A DNA stretch of 64,000 nt from Macrostomum hystrix (lineage: Eukaryota; Animalia; Platyhelminthes). This document shows positions 33,409-47,200 of this stretch, in pieces. Within the stretch, counting starts at the first letter, position 1. Every line of letters starts with the position of its first letter. The notes beneath the pieces are model-generated. The model saw only the letters and a program-made list of their open reading frames with translations, searched no databases and had not been told where the DNA came from. A program made the translations under genes and the position numbers. Location: the NCBI GenBank assembly GCA_950097015.1, contig CATNEN010000034.1:2046001-2110000 (forward strand), written 5' to 3'.

Positions 33409-33567
33409 AGCCAATCAGCGTCCGCCGAGTCGATTGGCCCGACCAATCGGATAAAATTCATTTATAAGTCAGCAGCCAATCAGCGTCCACCGAGTCGATT
33501 GGCCCGACCAATCGGAAAACAGTCATTTATAAGTCAGGAGCCAATCAGCGTCCGCCGAGTCAGTTGG
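33409..33567. repeat. 65-bp tandem repeat x~2.4 containing seven CCAAT boxes, overlapping the RhoGAP stop codon
   Basis: AGCCAATCAGCG begins at 33409, 33474 and 33539. Confidence 0.88.
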
Positions 33568-35133
33568 CCTGCCGGCCGACTCCAGCAGGTCCGGTCCACT
33601 GGTGGCAGCGAACTGCAGTTCTATTGGCGCCCCCCCTCCCGACTGGGTCGGCGTCGCCGCAGTTGCCGAATTGTCGAATGCGGCGTCATGTGCGCCGTCC
33701 GAAGATGAACAGCCGACGGCGGCTGCGGAAGCGGCGGAGGAGGCGGCGGCGGCGGCAGCCGATGAAGAGGCCAGGAACCAGCGAGTTCGTCTAGCCAAGC
33801 GTTCCAGTTGACGACGCCGCACTGAATTGAAGCGACTGGACGGTGTGCGCCGATGCGGCTGACGCTGGCCTACTGAGGCGGCGGCCGCGTCGGCGTCCGG
33901 TTCGGGCTCGTCGACCAAAGCATCCAAAGCATCTTCCAATTGTTCAGCACCTTCGCTAGTCTAAAATATGCGGTGTGAAGGAATGCTTGAAAATAATTCG
34001 CATTGTATAACAGCGTGGTGCTTTTATATCAAGTACTAAAAAAATATATCAATATAAATATGAATTTATTACGTTTATGTATTTTCGATACATATCGGAT
34101 CGATATGTCTCGGATCGGATTTATGATTTTTCGATACATATCGGATCGATACATTTATGATTTTTCGTTACATATCGGATCGAGGTAACAAACACTTTTT
34201 TTACATATCGGGTTGACGCTTTATCCAATTTTCGATAAATAGTAATGCTTCAATAAATGTACGAGTACCATGCTATTGATTTCATCGTCGAACGAATTTT
34301 CGAAACATATCGGAGTGACGCTTCAACTGAAAGCGCAATGACCAATAGCCAAAAACAACAGATACGTGAGTTGGCACTATAACAAAAAGTTTTTTCAAAC
34401 AAACCACAGCTACAAACAGCGCGAAAAAATCAATCAGCGAAAAACCCAGCAACGTCAAGTCCTTTGCAGCGAAAAAGCAGCAATTTTTGTATCATTTATC
34501 AGGTGGACTTTCACCGAAGTTTTCGATTTACCATAATTCAATTCTAAAGAATTATACCGGAGAGGGCCGTTCCGAAATTGCACATACCAGAATCTAGGCC
34601 CATTGAAAGCTAGTGGAACAAAAAACGTGAATTCATTTTTTATAGAGAAGTGATGGGAAATGGGCCAGCGGTCATGGGAAATGGGGATCGTGGGAAATGG
34701 GGATGATGGGAAATGGGGATCATGGGAAATGGGGATCATGGGAAATGGGGATCATGGGAAATGGGGATCGTGGGAAACGGCGATCGTGGGAAATGGGGAT
34801 CGCTGGAAATGGGATCGCGAGAAATGGGGATCGTGGGAAATGGGGATCGTGGGAAATGGGGATCATGGCAAATAGGGACCGTGGGAAATGGGGATCATGG
34901 GAAATGGAGATCATGGGAAATGGGGATCATGGGAAATGGGGATCATGGGAAATGGGGATCATGGGAAATGGGGATCATGGGAAATTCGGATCAGTAAGCG
35001 ATAGTAGAACACTGGCTGAGCTGATCAGTAACGAGGACGAGGGATTTTGGGGAGAGAAATGAGTTTAAACGGATCCCAAAATAGCGAATTCCCAAAAAAT
35101 GTGGACTTACTCGACGCCAAGACACAGATCTCA

Positions 35134-35217
<84 letters not shown>

Positions 35218-38200
35218 TCCCCGGATCTGTTGATACGCGGCACTCGACATCGGAGGCCGTGGCCGCTACTTCTGCCGCAACGCGATGGTGCACAAGATCG
35301 CCGGGCTCCATGGATGTCGGCAGCTGGAGTCCGGTGATGTCCGACAGGGTGCTGTGCACCGACAGGGCGTCGGAGGAGGGTGGCGCCAGCTTGGGATACC
35401 GCTGCAGCCGCAGCATCGAGTGGGAGACGGCAGCAGACGCTGCTGGCTTCGGCGAGCGAAAAAATCTCTTCGCATCTTCAACAGTATCTGTGCGCGCCGC
35501 CTGCTGTGGAGAGCCTACCGCAGGAGCTGCCCCTGCTGGAATTCGATGAGATGGAAGCAGCTGAACTAAAAGCGGATGCGAATGAGAGGATAGGGAACAT
35601 TGAAGAATGGGAATTGATTTGATCAAGCAGTAATCTGAATGCTGGTCTTCGAGTGGTTGGGAAATGAGGATCTCGGAGATGGGGAATGGGGATCTTAGGA
35701 TATTGGGAACTCCTATCTTTGGAGATGGGGAAGGGGTATCCTAGGAGTAGGGGAACGGGATCTTAGTAGGTGGAGAATGAGGATCTTAGGAGATGGGGAA
35801 TGAGGATCTTAGGAGATGGGGAATGAGGATCTAAGGAGATGGGGAACGGGATCTTAGTAGGTGGGAAATGAGGATCTTAGGAAATGGGGAATGGGATCTT
35901 AGGAGATGGGGAATGGGATCTTATGAGATGGGGAATGAGGATCTTATGAGATGGGGAATAGGATCTTAGGAGACGGGGAATAGGATCTTAGGAGATAAGG
36001 AATGGGATCTTAGGAGATAGGGAATAGGATATTAGTAGGTTGGGAATGGGATCTTAGGAGACGGGGAATGGGATCTTAGGAGATAGGGAATGGGGATCTT
36101 CCGGGAGCAGTAAACGAGGATCTTAAATATTGAATTGGGATAGAAGAGAAAAGCTTGAGACTTTCACCCTACAGAGAACTGGCAACAAAACAACTGTACA
36201 TGCTACTTGCAGCGGCATGTAGGCAAATCATTTTCAGCGAAATCCGAGATGTGACAAAAATCACAGCGGTGCAAGTAATTGGAATAGCCAAAACAATCTC
36301 AATCTATTCCCACTTGTTCTGTCTCTCCTACTCCTCTTCAAAAAGCAGCACCAGAATCGCAAAAAGCAGAATGAAATCTAGCATTTTTCATCATAGAAAA
36401 AATATAACACACAGACAACGAAAAATGCTGGTTTAGCTCAGCAAAGCTTAGCAGCATTCTGAATTGACTCTAGGAGCAGATAAAAACAGTCCGATAGAGA
36501 CACAAGAGCAGGAGAGCAGGCAGGAGGCTTAGAGACAAGCAGATCCCATTGGGAATAACCATGGATTCCGATTACAGTGGCTGGTTTCATTCCGCAGTAG
36601 GCAAATATTTTCTACACGATGAAGCTGCTTGGTGCTTGAGTGCGGCATGAGTTTAAGAAGGCTTATAGCCTCAGGGACACATTTAATACGCCTTGTGCCG
36701 AATTCGCATTTTAATTTCCATAGAGAAAACGTTGGACACATTTTCCAGTTCATTGTGTGGCTATGCAAAGCGATTTTCATGACATTGGCTGATAATTGCC
36801 TCTATGCTGGGGGAAGAAATCACTTTCCAATCAATAACACTAGGGGGCAGGGCGGCATTTTTGGATGACAATGTCAGGCATTAGTAAAGGCGAAAGTACA
36901 TTAGGGTAGGGTAATGAACATTAGGCTAGATGAGGGGCGAGTAGAAAGCGAATTTACATTAGGTTGTGTGTTTGAGGAAGGCGAATGTGCAGTAGACAGT
37001 GGGTGAGAGGAATGCGAATGTGCATTAGGCAGTGGGTGAGTGGAATTCGAATGTGCATTAGGCAGTGGGTGAGTGGAATTCGAATTTACATTAGGCAGTG
37101 GGTGAGTGGAATTCGAATGTGCATTAGGCAGTGGGTGAGTGGAATTCGAATTTACATTAGGCAGTGGGTGAGTGGAATTCGAATGTGCATTAGGCAGTGG
37201 GTGAGTGGAATTCGAATTTACATTAGGCAGTGGGTGAGAGGAAGGCGAATGTGCATTAGGCAGTGGGTGAGAGGAATGCGAATGTATATTAGGTAGTGGG
37301 TGAGAGGAATGCGAATGTGCATTAGGCAGTGGGTGAGAGGAATGCGAATGTACATTAGGCAGTGGGTGAGTGGAAGGCGAATGTACATTAGGTAGGTGGT
37401 TAGTGGAAGGCGAATGTGCATTAGGCAGTGGGTGAGAGGAATGCGAATGTGCATTAGGTAGCGGGTGAGAGGAATGCGAATGTGCATTAGGAAGTGGGTG
37501 AGAGGAATGCGAATGTGCATTAGGCAGTGGGTTTGAGGAAGGCGAATGTACAGTAGGCAGTGGGTGAGAGGAATGCGAATTTACATTAGGTAGGTGGTTA
37601 GTGGAAGGCGAATGTACATTAGGTAGTGGGTGAGTGGAATGCGAATGTACATTAGGTAGTGGGTGAGAGGAATGCGAATGTGCATTAGGAAGTGGGTGAG
37701 AGGAATGCGAATGTACATTAGGCAGTGGGTGAGAGGAATGCGAATGTACATTAGGCAGTGGGTGAGAGGAATGCGAATGTGCATTAGGCAGTGGGTGAGA
37801 GGAATGCGAATGTGCATTAGGCAGTGGGTGAGAGGAATGCGAATGTGCATTAGGAAGTGGGTGAGAGGAATGCGAATGTGCATTAGGCAGTGGGTGAGAG
37901 GAATTCGAATGTACATTAGGCAGTGGGTGAGTGGAATTCGAATGTACATTAGGCAGTGGGTGAGTGGAATTCGAATGTACATTAGGTAGGTGGTTAGTGG
38001 AAGGCGAATGTACATTTGTTAGTGGGTGAGTGGGTGGCATATGTACATTAGGCAGTGGGTGAGTGGAAGGCGAATGTACATTTGTTAGTGGGTGAGTGGG
38101 TGGCATATGTACATTAGGTAGTGGGTGAGAGGAATGCGAATGTACATTAGGTAGTGGGTGAGTGGAAGGCGAATGTATATTAGGCAGTGGGTGAGAGGAA

Positions 38201-41200
38201 TGCGAATGTACATTAGGCAGTGGGTGAGTGGAATTCGAATGTACATTAGGTAGGTGGTTAGTGGAAGGCGAATGTACATTTGTTAGTGGGTGAGTGGGTG
38301 GCATATGTACATTAGGCAGTGGGTGAGAGGAAGGCGAATGTACATTAGTTAGTGGGTGATGTTCTCATACCGTCAATCGCTGAATCCTCGCCCTCTCGTA
38401 CGGCGGTAGCTGCGGCAAAGTATCGAATCAGATCCTCCCCAAACAGATCAGGATTAGAGAAGCCGGAGATTAGCGCCTCCATTACTTTGGAAGCGTGCTC
38501 AACCTGACCAGGTAAAATAGTGGTGGAGGGAAAAGTTTCAACAGAATCTAGAAGTCAGGATTTATCCATAAAATTGTAGCTCCACTTACTTTCTTTGGAT
38601 CGTCTGTGCAGGAATGAAACATTGACCCGGCGACACTCTTGGCTACAGCTTCAACTGGCACACAGCTGCCTGTCTGGCTGCAGTCTGAGCACATTCTGTG
38701 CCACGTGCCGAATAGCAGAGCGGCCAGCTGGCGCACCGGCGGCGACAGCGAGCGGATGACGCTGAGGGAGACGGAGATAGACAGTGTGCATAATGAGCTT
38801 GCGAATAATGAGCAATGCCTCCTTCATGAGCTATGCCTGCCATATGAGCTATGCCTCCTTCATGAGCTATGCCTGCCATATGAGCTATGCCTCCTTCATG
38901 AGCTATGCCTCCTTCATGAGCAATGCCTCCTTCATGAGCTATGCCTGCCATATGAGCTATGCCTCCTTCATGAGCTATGCCTCCTTCATGAGCTATGCCT
39001 CCTTCATGAGCTATGCCTCCTTCATAAGCTATGCCTGCCATATGAGCTATGCCTCCGTCATGAGCTATGCCTCCTTCATGAGCTATGCCTCCTTCATGAG
39101 CTATGCCTCCTTCATGAGCTATGCCTCCTTCATGAGCTATGCCTCCTTCATGAGCTATGCCTGCCATATGAGCTATGCCTCCGTCATGAGCTATGCCTCC
39201 TTCATGAGCTATGCCTGCCATATGAGCTATGCCTCCGTCATGAGCTATGCCTCCTTCATGAGCTATGCCTGCCATATGAGCTATGCCTCCGTCATGAGCT
39301 ATGCCTCCTTTATGAGCTATGCCTCCTTCATGAGCTATGCCTCCTTCGTCAACTATGTCTTCTTTATGAGCTATGCCTGCCATACGAGCTATGCCTCCTT
39401 CATGAGCTATGCCTCCTTCGTCAACTATGTCTTCTTTATGAGCTATGCCTGCCATACGAGCTATGCCTCCTTCATGAGCTATGCCTCCTTCGTCAACTAT
39501 GTCTTCTTTATGAGCTATGCCTGCCATACGAGCTATGCCTCCTTCATGAGCTATGCCTCCTTCATGAGCTATGCCTGCCATATGAGCTATGCCTCCTTCA
39601 TGAGCTATGCCTCCTTCATGAGCTATGCCTGCCATATGAGCTATGCCTCCGTCATGAGCTATGCCTCCTTCATGAGCTATGCCTGCCATATGAGCTATGC
39701 CTCCTTCATGAGCTATGCCTGCCATATGAGCTATGCCTCCTTCATGAGCTATGCCTCCTTCGTCAACTATGTCTTCTTTATGAGCTATGCCTGCCATATG
39801 AGCTATGCCTGCCATATGAGCTGCCTGCCATATGAGCTGCCTGCCATATGAGCTATCCTTCTTTATAAAATATGGCTCCAATCAGAGCTCCGGTAGTTCT
39901 TGTTATAGGGTTTGCAATATTTTTGTTAGAGGGTAATTCTATTTTTTACAGTGCGAAGAAACGTTATTTGTCCGTTATTTAGCATGTACGTCGTACTTTT
40001 CAGAAGTTTTTTCAGTTCGCGGAAAACTGGGCCAGTCATTTTCTGACTACTGCCAAAATAATGCCAAGACTGAAAGCATTCAATTGCGAGCTGGAAAGGA
40101 GACGAGCTAGTCTATGAACCGGCCAAATATATTAAGCAATCGGTGGATCGGACTAAAAGTAGCAGGAGTTGCCAGTAATACCGAGAATTATCACGAAATC
40201 AGCGAATCGTCGAAAATCAACGAAACACTTAGACATCGGCGAATCACGGAGAATTCAGCAAATCTTTTAGATTTGGCGAATCATTGAGAATTTGGCGAAT
40301 CATTGAGAATTTGCCGAATCATTGAGAATTTGGCGAATCATTGAGAATTTGCCGAATCATTGAGAATTTGCCGAATCATTGAGAATTTGCCGAATCATTG
40401 AGAATTTGCCGAATCATTGAGAATTTGCCGAATCATTGAGAATTTGCCGAATCATTGAGAATTTGCCGAATCATTGAGAATTTGCCGAATCATTGAGAAT
40501 TTGCCGAATCATTGAGAATTTGCCGAATCATTGAGACTGGCAAATCATTGAGACTGGCGAATCATTTAGAATTTAGCGAATCATTGAGACTTTGACGAAT
40601 CATTGGGACTTTAGCGAATCATTGGGACTTTATCGAAACAAAATTTTGCCGAATCATTGAGAATTTGCCGAATCATTGAGACTGGCAAATCATTGAGACT
40701 GGCGAATCATTTAGAATTTAGCGAATCATTGAGACTTTGACGAATCATTGGGACTTTAGCGAATCATTGGGACTTTAACGAATCAAAATTTTGGCGAATC
40801 ATTGAGAATTTGGCGAAACAAGGAGAATCGGCGAATCAAAGAGAAATCGGCGAATCATTGAGACTTTGGCGAATCATTGAGAATTTGGCGAATCATTGAG
40901 AATAACCCGTGATAGAATCGTATGAGAATTTCATAAGGCCCATAGACCTTACTCAGAGCTGACTCATCGCGTGTCGGCGGCAGATAGAAAGAAACTCACG
41001 AATGTAATACACTTCCTCTTGACATATAAAGGGATTTTCTCTATCCTTAGAATTTCATTTTTTTGTATTGCGTAATCAGCTAAGCAGTCCTTCTCTGACA
41101 CAAGGAGAATGAGCCAGTACATCAGTCAATCATATAGTTGTCTTATAAAAGAATATTCATAGTTTCCCCCAATACTATTGGATTCTTATATCTTCCTATT

Positions 41201-44200
41201 GGCAATGAACGGATTAGATCTGTTATATTTTTATCACCAAAAAAGAAGCTAGCCCGGGTTGACATAGTGGCGGAGGCAATATAGTTTGGGTAGAGAAGAT
41301 AGGAGAGACTGGCAGATAGCATAGGTGGGCAGACTTGAAGATGTGTGAGTCGAGAAACGAAGGATAAAGTCGAAGCTGGCACAGTGCCATGCGAGAGAGT
41401 ACAGAGTAGACGGGCAGACTTGGGCACAGGGCGCCCAGGGCAGCGGCGGCGACGACGGCAGCGACGGCGGCAGCAGCAGCAGGAGGAGGAGGAGTAGGAG
41501 GAAAAGTGGAGAGATAGACAGGCAGTCAGGCAGACAGAGAAAGGAAAGTAGTGGCGAGTGTACACGCACAGTAGGAGATGGCGGCCCCTGGAGCTTCCCT
41601 TCTGCTAAGCCGGCCTTGAACTATCGGACAGTTGGCTAATTCTAAAAAATACGTTACGGTTGGCGGGGCTGCAAATAGGCCTTTAAAAAGCATGCCTCAT
41701 TTCGCTTGTAGGCCGAGTGCTTCCTTTTCAGCGTCATTTGCGGCGCGAATCTGGAGCGAGAAATTAGCTGGAATTGAACACTGACAACTGAGGATGGGCA
41801 GACAGCTAGAAAGTACATGAGGAGGAGTAGACAGTGAGAAATGTGGGGAGAAGTAGACAGTGAGAAATGTGGCGAGAAGTAGACAGTGAGAAATGTGCAG
41901 AGAAGTAGACAGAATTTGGAGAGAAGTAGACAGTGAAAAATGTGGGGAGAAGAAGACAGTGAGAAATGTGGCGAGAAGTAGACAGTGAGAAATGTGCAGA
42001 GAAGTAGACAGAATGTGGAGAGAAGTAGACAGTGAAAAATGTGGGGAGAAGAAGACAGTGAGAAATGTGGAGAGAAGTAGACAGTGAGAATGTGCAGAGA
42101 AGTAGACAGAATGTGGAGAGAAGTAGACAGTGAGAAATGTGGGGAGAAGTAGACAGTGAGAAATGTGGAGAGAAGTAGACAGTGAGAATGTGCAGAGAAG
42201 TAGACAGAATGTGGAGAGGTAGACAGTGAAAATGTGGGGAGAAGTAGACAGTGAGAAATGTGGAGAGAAGTAGACAGTGAGAATGTGCAGAGAAGTAGAC
42301 AGAATGTGGAGAGGTAGACAGTGAAAATGTGGGGAGAAGTAGACAGTGAGAAATGTGGAGAGAAGTAGACAGTGAGAATGTGGGGGAGAAGTAGACAGTG
42401 AGAAATGTGGAGAGAAGTAGACAGTGAGAATGTGGCGAGAAGTAGACAGTGAGAAATGTGGGGAGAAGTAGACAGTGAAAATTTGGGGAGAAGTAGACAG
42501 TAGAAGTAGTAGTAGAAGTAGTAGAGTAGAAGTACTAGTAGTAGAAGTAGTAGAAGTAGAAGTAGAAGTAGACAGTAGAAGTAGTAGTAGTAGAAGTAGT
42601 AGAAGTAGAAGTAGAAGTAGACAGTAGAAGTAGAGAATGTGCAGAGAAGTAGACAGTGAAAAATGTGGGGAGAAGTAGACAGTGAGAAATGTGGGGAGTA
42701 GTAGACAGTGAGAATGTGGGGAGAAGTAGACAGAATGTGGAGAGAAGTAGACAGTGAGAATGTGGGGAGAAGTAGAGAGTGAGAAAATGGGAGACAGTTA
42801 TCATGACAGTGACAGACAATTGCGAATACATAGAATAATACTAGGGGAAATGATGCATTGTTGAAAAGGCGGACAGGTTGATACTAACAGGTAAAAAATG
42901 TATCAATATATTATATTGCTAGTCACGGGAGACTAAAGTGTAGAAAATAAGCGAGTCCAGTACAGTGGAAGACAGTAAGCCGAATTATTTGGATAGAGAA
43001 AGATAGGGATAGGGGTGGAGAAAGGTTTCTCAACAGTCTCCTCTACCCTGATCTAGGGAATCGGTTTGAATAGTTGTCTAAATGTATATACTCGCATATA
43101 CGCATATGGGCTAGCAGCTCAGAGCTCAGTTCCAGATCCACGCCAAGACCACAAGAGGGAGAATGAGTAGGAGGGGAAGCATATTGATTGATCCATTCAA
43201 TCGTCTGCATTCATGCAGTGCATTATGGCCCCCAAGCGGTTCCCTGTATCTGTTCTCCCTCTTTTCGCCCAATTTCCAACCAATACGAAGGAATGAGTGA
43301 GCCAGTGGCAGAGGTCCTATCTATATTTCACAGGAAATTGCAAGCAAAAAACCTACCAACCATATAACAGTTTAGATGAGCATATGCTCAAATAAGATGG
43401 AGAAGACTGTGGTCTGCCGCAGGGCGTTTAACCAATCATCTTGACAAACAGAGAACGAGAGGAGAAACAGATGAGCAGATTATTCTTTTTTATAACAAAA
43501 AACGACACTTAAGACAGGGAGTTAAGAGTGGACTATAAGGCTTGGGAATGGGGAAAAAAGACTGCGAACAAGGAGAAGTAGAGCGCTAATAGGGAGAAGT
43601 AGAGTGGAAATAGTGACAAGTAGAGTGCTAATAGTGAGAAGTACAGTGGTAATAGTGAGAAGTAGAGTGCTAATAGTGAGAAGTACAGTGGTAATAGTGA
43701 GAAGTAGAGTGGTAATAGTGAGAAGTAGAGTGGTAATAGTGAGAAGTACAGTGGTAATAGTGAGAAGTACAGTGGTAATAGTGAGAAGTAGAGTGGTAAT
43801 AGTGAGAAGTAGAGTGGTAATAGTGAGAAGTACAGTGGTAATAGTGAGAAGTAGAGTGGTAATAGTGAGAAGTAGAGTGGTAATAGTGAGAAGTAGAGTG
43901 GTAATAGTGAGAAGTACAGTGGTAATAGTGAGAAGTAGAGTGGTAATAGTGAGACGTAGAGTGGTAATAGTGAGAAGTAGAGTGGTAATAGTGAGAAGTA
44001 GAGCGCTAATAGTGAGAAGTAGAGTGGTAATAGTGAGAAGTAGAGTGGTAATAGTGAGAAGTACAGTGGTAATAGTGAGAAGTAGAGTGGTAATAGTGAG
44101 ACGTAGAGTGGTAATAGTGAGAAGTAGAGTGGTAATAGTGAGAAGTACAGTGGTAATAGTGAGAAGTAGAGTGGTAATAGTGAGAAGTAGAGTGGTAATA

Positions 44201-47200
44201 GTGAGAAGTACAGTGGTAATAGTGAGAAGTAGAGTGGTAATAGTGAGAAGTAGAGTGGTAATAGTGAGAAGTAGAGTGGTAATAGTGAGAAGTACAGTGG
44301 TAATAGTGAGAAGTAGAGTGGTAATAGTGAGAAGTAGAGTGGTAATAGTGAGAAGTACAGTGGTAATAGTGAGAAGTACAGTGGTAATAGTGAGAAGTAG
44401 AGTGGTAATAGTGAGAAGTAGAGTGGTAATAGTGAGAAGTACAGTGGTAATAGTGAGAAGTAGAGTGGTAATAGTGAGAAGTAGAGTGGTAATAGTGAGA
44501 AGTAGAGTGGTAATAGTGAGAAGTACAGTGGTAATAGTGAGAAGTAGAGTGGTAATAGTGAGACGTAGAGTGGTAATAGTTAGAAGTAGAGTGGTAATAG
44601 TGAGAAGTACAGTGGTAATAGTGAGACGTAGAGTGGTAATAGTGAGAAGTAGAGCGCTAATAGTGAGAAGTAGAGTGGTAATAGTGAGAAGTACAGTGGT
44701 AATAGTGAGAAGTAGAGTGGTAATAGTGAGAAGTAGAGTGGTAATAGTGAGACGTAGAGTGGTAATGGTGAGAAGTAGAGTGGTAATAGTGAGAAGTACA
44801 GTGGTAATAGTGAGACGTAGAGTGGTAATAGTGAGAAGTAGAGCGCTAATAGTGAGAAGTAGAGTGGTAATAGTGAGAAGTACAGTGGTAATAGTGAGAA
44901 GTAGAGTGGTAATAGTGAGAAGTAGAGTGGTAATAGTGAGAAGTAGAGTGGTAATAGTGAGAAGTACAGTGGTAATAGTGAGAAGTACAGTGGTAATAGT
45001 GAGAAGTAGAGTGGTAATAGTGAGAAGTAGAGTGGTAATAGTGAGAAGTACAGTGGTAATAGTGAGAAGTAGAGTGGTAATAGTGAGAAGTAGAGTGGTA
45101 ATAGTGAGAAGTAGAGTGGTAATAGTGAGAAGTACAGTGGTAATAGTGAGAAGTAGAGTGGTAATAGTGAGACGTAGAGTGGTAATAGTGAGAAGTAGAG
45201 CGCTAATAGTGAGAAGTAGAGTGGTAATAGTGAGAAGTACAGTGGTAATAGTGAGAAGTACAGTGGTAATAGTGAGAAGTACAGTGGTAATAGTGAGAAG
45301 TAGAGTGGTAATAGTGAGAAGTAGAGTGGTAATAGTGAGAAGTACAGTGGTAATAGTGAGAAGTACAGTGGTAATAGTGAGAAGTAGAGTGGTAATAGTG
45401 AGAAGTAGAGTGGTAATAGTGAGAAGTACAGTGGTAATAGTGAGAAGTAGAGTGGTAATAGTGAGAAGTAGAGTGGTAATAGTGAGAAGTAGAGTGGTAA
45501 TAGTGAGAAGTACAGTGGTAATAGTGAGAAGTAGAGTGGTAATAGTGAGACGTAGAGTGGTAATAGTGAGAAGTAGAGTGGTAATAGTGAGAAGTACAGT
45601 GGTAATAGTGAGACGTAGAGTGGTAATAGTGAGAAGTAGAGCGCTAATAGTGAGAAGTAGAGTGGTAATAGTGAGAAGTACAGTGGTAATAGTGAGAAGT
45701 AGAGTGGTAATAGTGAGAAGTAGAGTGGTAATAGTGAGACGTAGAGTGGTAATGGTGAGAAGTAGAGTGGTAATAGTGAGAAGTACAGTGGTAATAGTGA
45801 GACGTAGAGTGGTAATAGTGAGAAGTAGAGCGCTAATAGTGAGAAGTAGAGTGGTAATAGTGAGAAGTACAGTGGTAATAGTGAGAAGTAGAGTGGTAAT
45901 AGTGAGAAGTAGAGTGGTAATAGTGAGAAGTACAGTGGTAATGGTGAGAAGTAGAGTGGTAATAGTGAGAAGTAAAGTGGTAATAGTGAGAAGTACAGTG
46001 GTAATAGTGAAAAGTAGAATGGTAATGGTGAGAAGTAGAGTGGTAATAGTGAGAAGTAGAGTGGTAATATGTAATAAGTAAAGACACACGATAGGAATAA
46101 GTAGAAAAGCAGAGAGAATTTGCACGCAGACATTTAGAAAGAAGAAAGCGGATAGGCAGGCAAATGGGTTGGATCAGTGTAGCCCTGAGGAAAGATTGGC
46201 ATGAAACTGGGTCATGTAGTCTATTTTGAATTCTGGCCAAAATACTGTTTTAAAACTGTCTCAGACAGTCCGCGAGCTCTACATTACTAATAATACTGGT
46301 CGCCAAAGTCAAGCCAAGAAAAAACCTTAGACAAAGTGACTTGCAATGCTAGAACACATTAATTCTATAGAGTGATATATTTAACTATGTTTAACTTTAG
46401 GCTTTAAACTACGTATTTTGCAAGTGCAAAAGTTCCATTCAGGAGTCCCATGTCTCATTAGAGAGTCCCGAGTCTCATTAGAGAGTCCCCAGTCTCATTA
46501 GAGTCCCCAGTCTCATTAGAGTCCCGAGTCTCATTAGAGTCCCCAGTCTCATTAGAGTCCCCAGTCTCATTAGAGTCCCGAGTCTCATTAGAGAGTCCCG
46601 AGTCTCATTAGAGTCCCCAGTCTCATTAGAGAGTGCACAGTCTCATTAGAGAGTGCACAGTCTCATTAGAGAGTGCACAGTCTCATTAGAGAGTGCACAG
46701 TCTCATTAGAGAGTGCACAGTCTCATTAGAGTCCCCAGTCTCATTAGAGAGTGCACAGTCTCATTAGAGAGTCCGAAGTCTCATTAGAGAGTCCCCAGTC
46801 TCATTAGAGAGTCTCCAGTCTCATTAGAGAGTCTCCAGTCTCATTAGAGAGTCTCCAGTCTCATTAGAGAGTCTCCAGTCTCATTAGAGAGTGCACAGTC
46901 TCATTAGAGAGTCCCCAGTCTCGTTCAGTAGTGCCCAGTGTCATTCGGGAGTGCCTAGTGTCATCCAGGAGTGCCCAGTCTCATTCAGTAGTGCCCAGTG
47001 TCATTCGGGAGTGCCCAGTGTCATTCGGGAGTGCCTAGTGTCATCCAGGAGTGCCCAGTGTCATTCGGGAGTGTCGAATGGGGAGGGGTTGAATAAGCAC
47101 CTTAACCAGGACTCACTCTCTCATGGCTCGCAATCGTGCGGTCCGATCGGAGTGGTCCATGGCAGCCAGCAGGGCGACTTCGCCATCGCGCCCGAACAGT

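Noticed and set aside
38643-39881. (HEGGIA)n histidine-rich protein-like ORF in sense with RhoGAP
   Set aside because: It is an 18-bp intronic array, out of frame with the adjacent exon, and a good acceptor at 38762 excludes it.
41143-41565. Protamine-like CCCCRRRCRRRRRC peptide
   Set aside because: It arises from GC-rich trinucleotide low complexity, with no convincing start or exon structure.
43522-46133. 825-867 aa ORFs, and similar long ORFs at 6379-7716, 14299-15612, 19789-21917, 32172-33149, 36901-38304 and 50493-51735
   Set aside because: They are translations of stop-free tandem repeats, open in several frames and on both strands, without domain motifs; most lie inside introns of well-supported genes.
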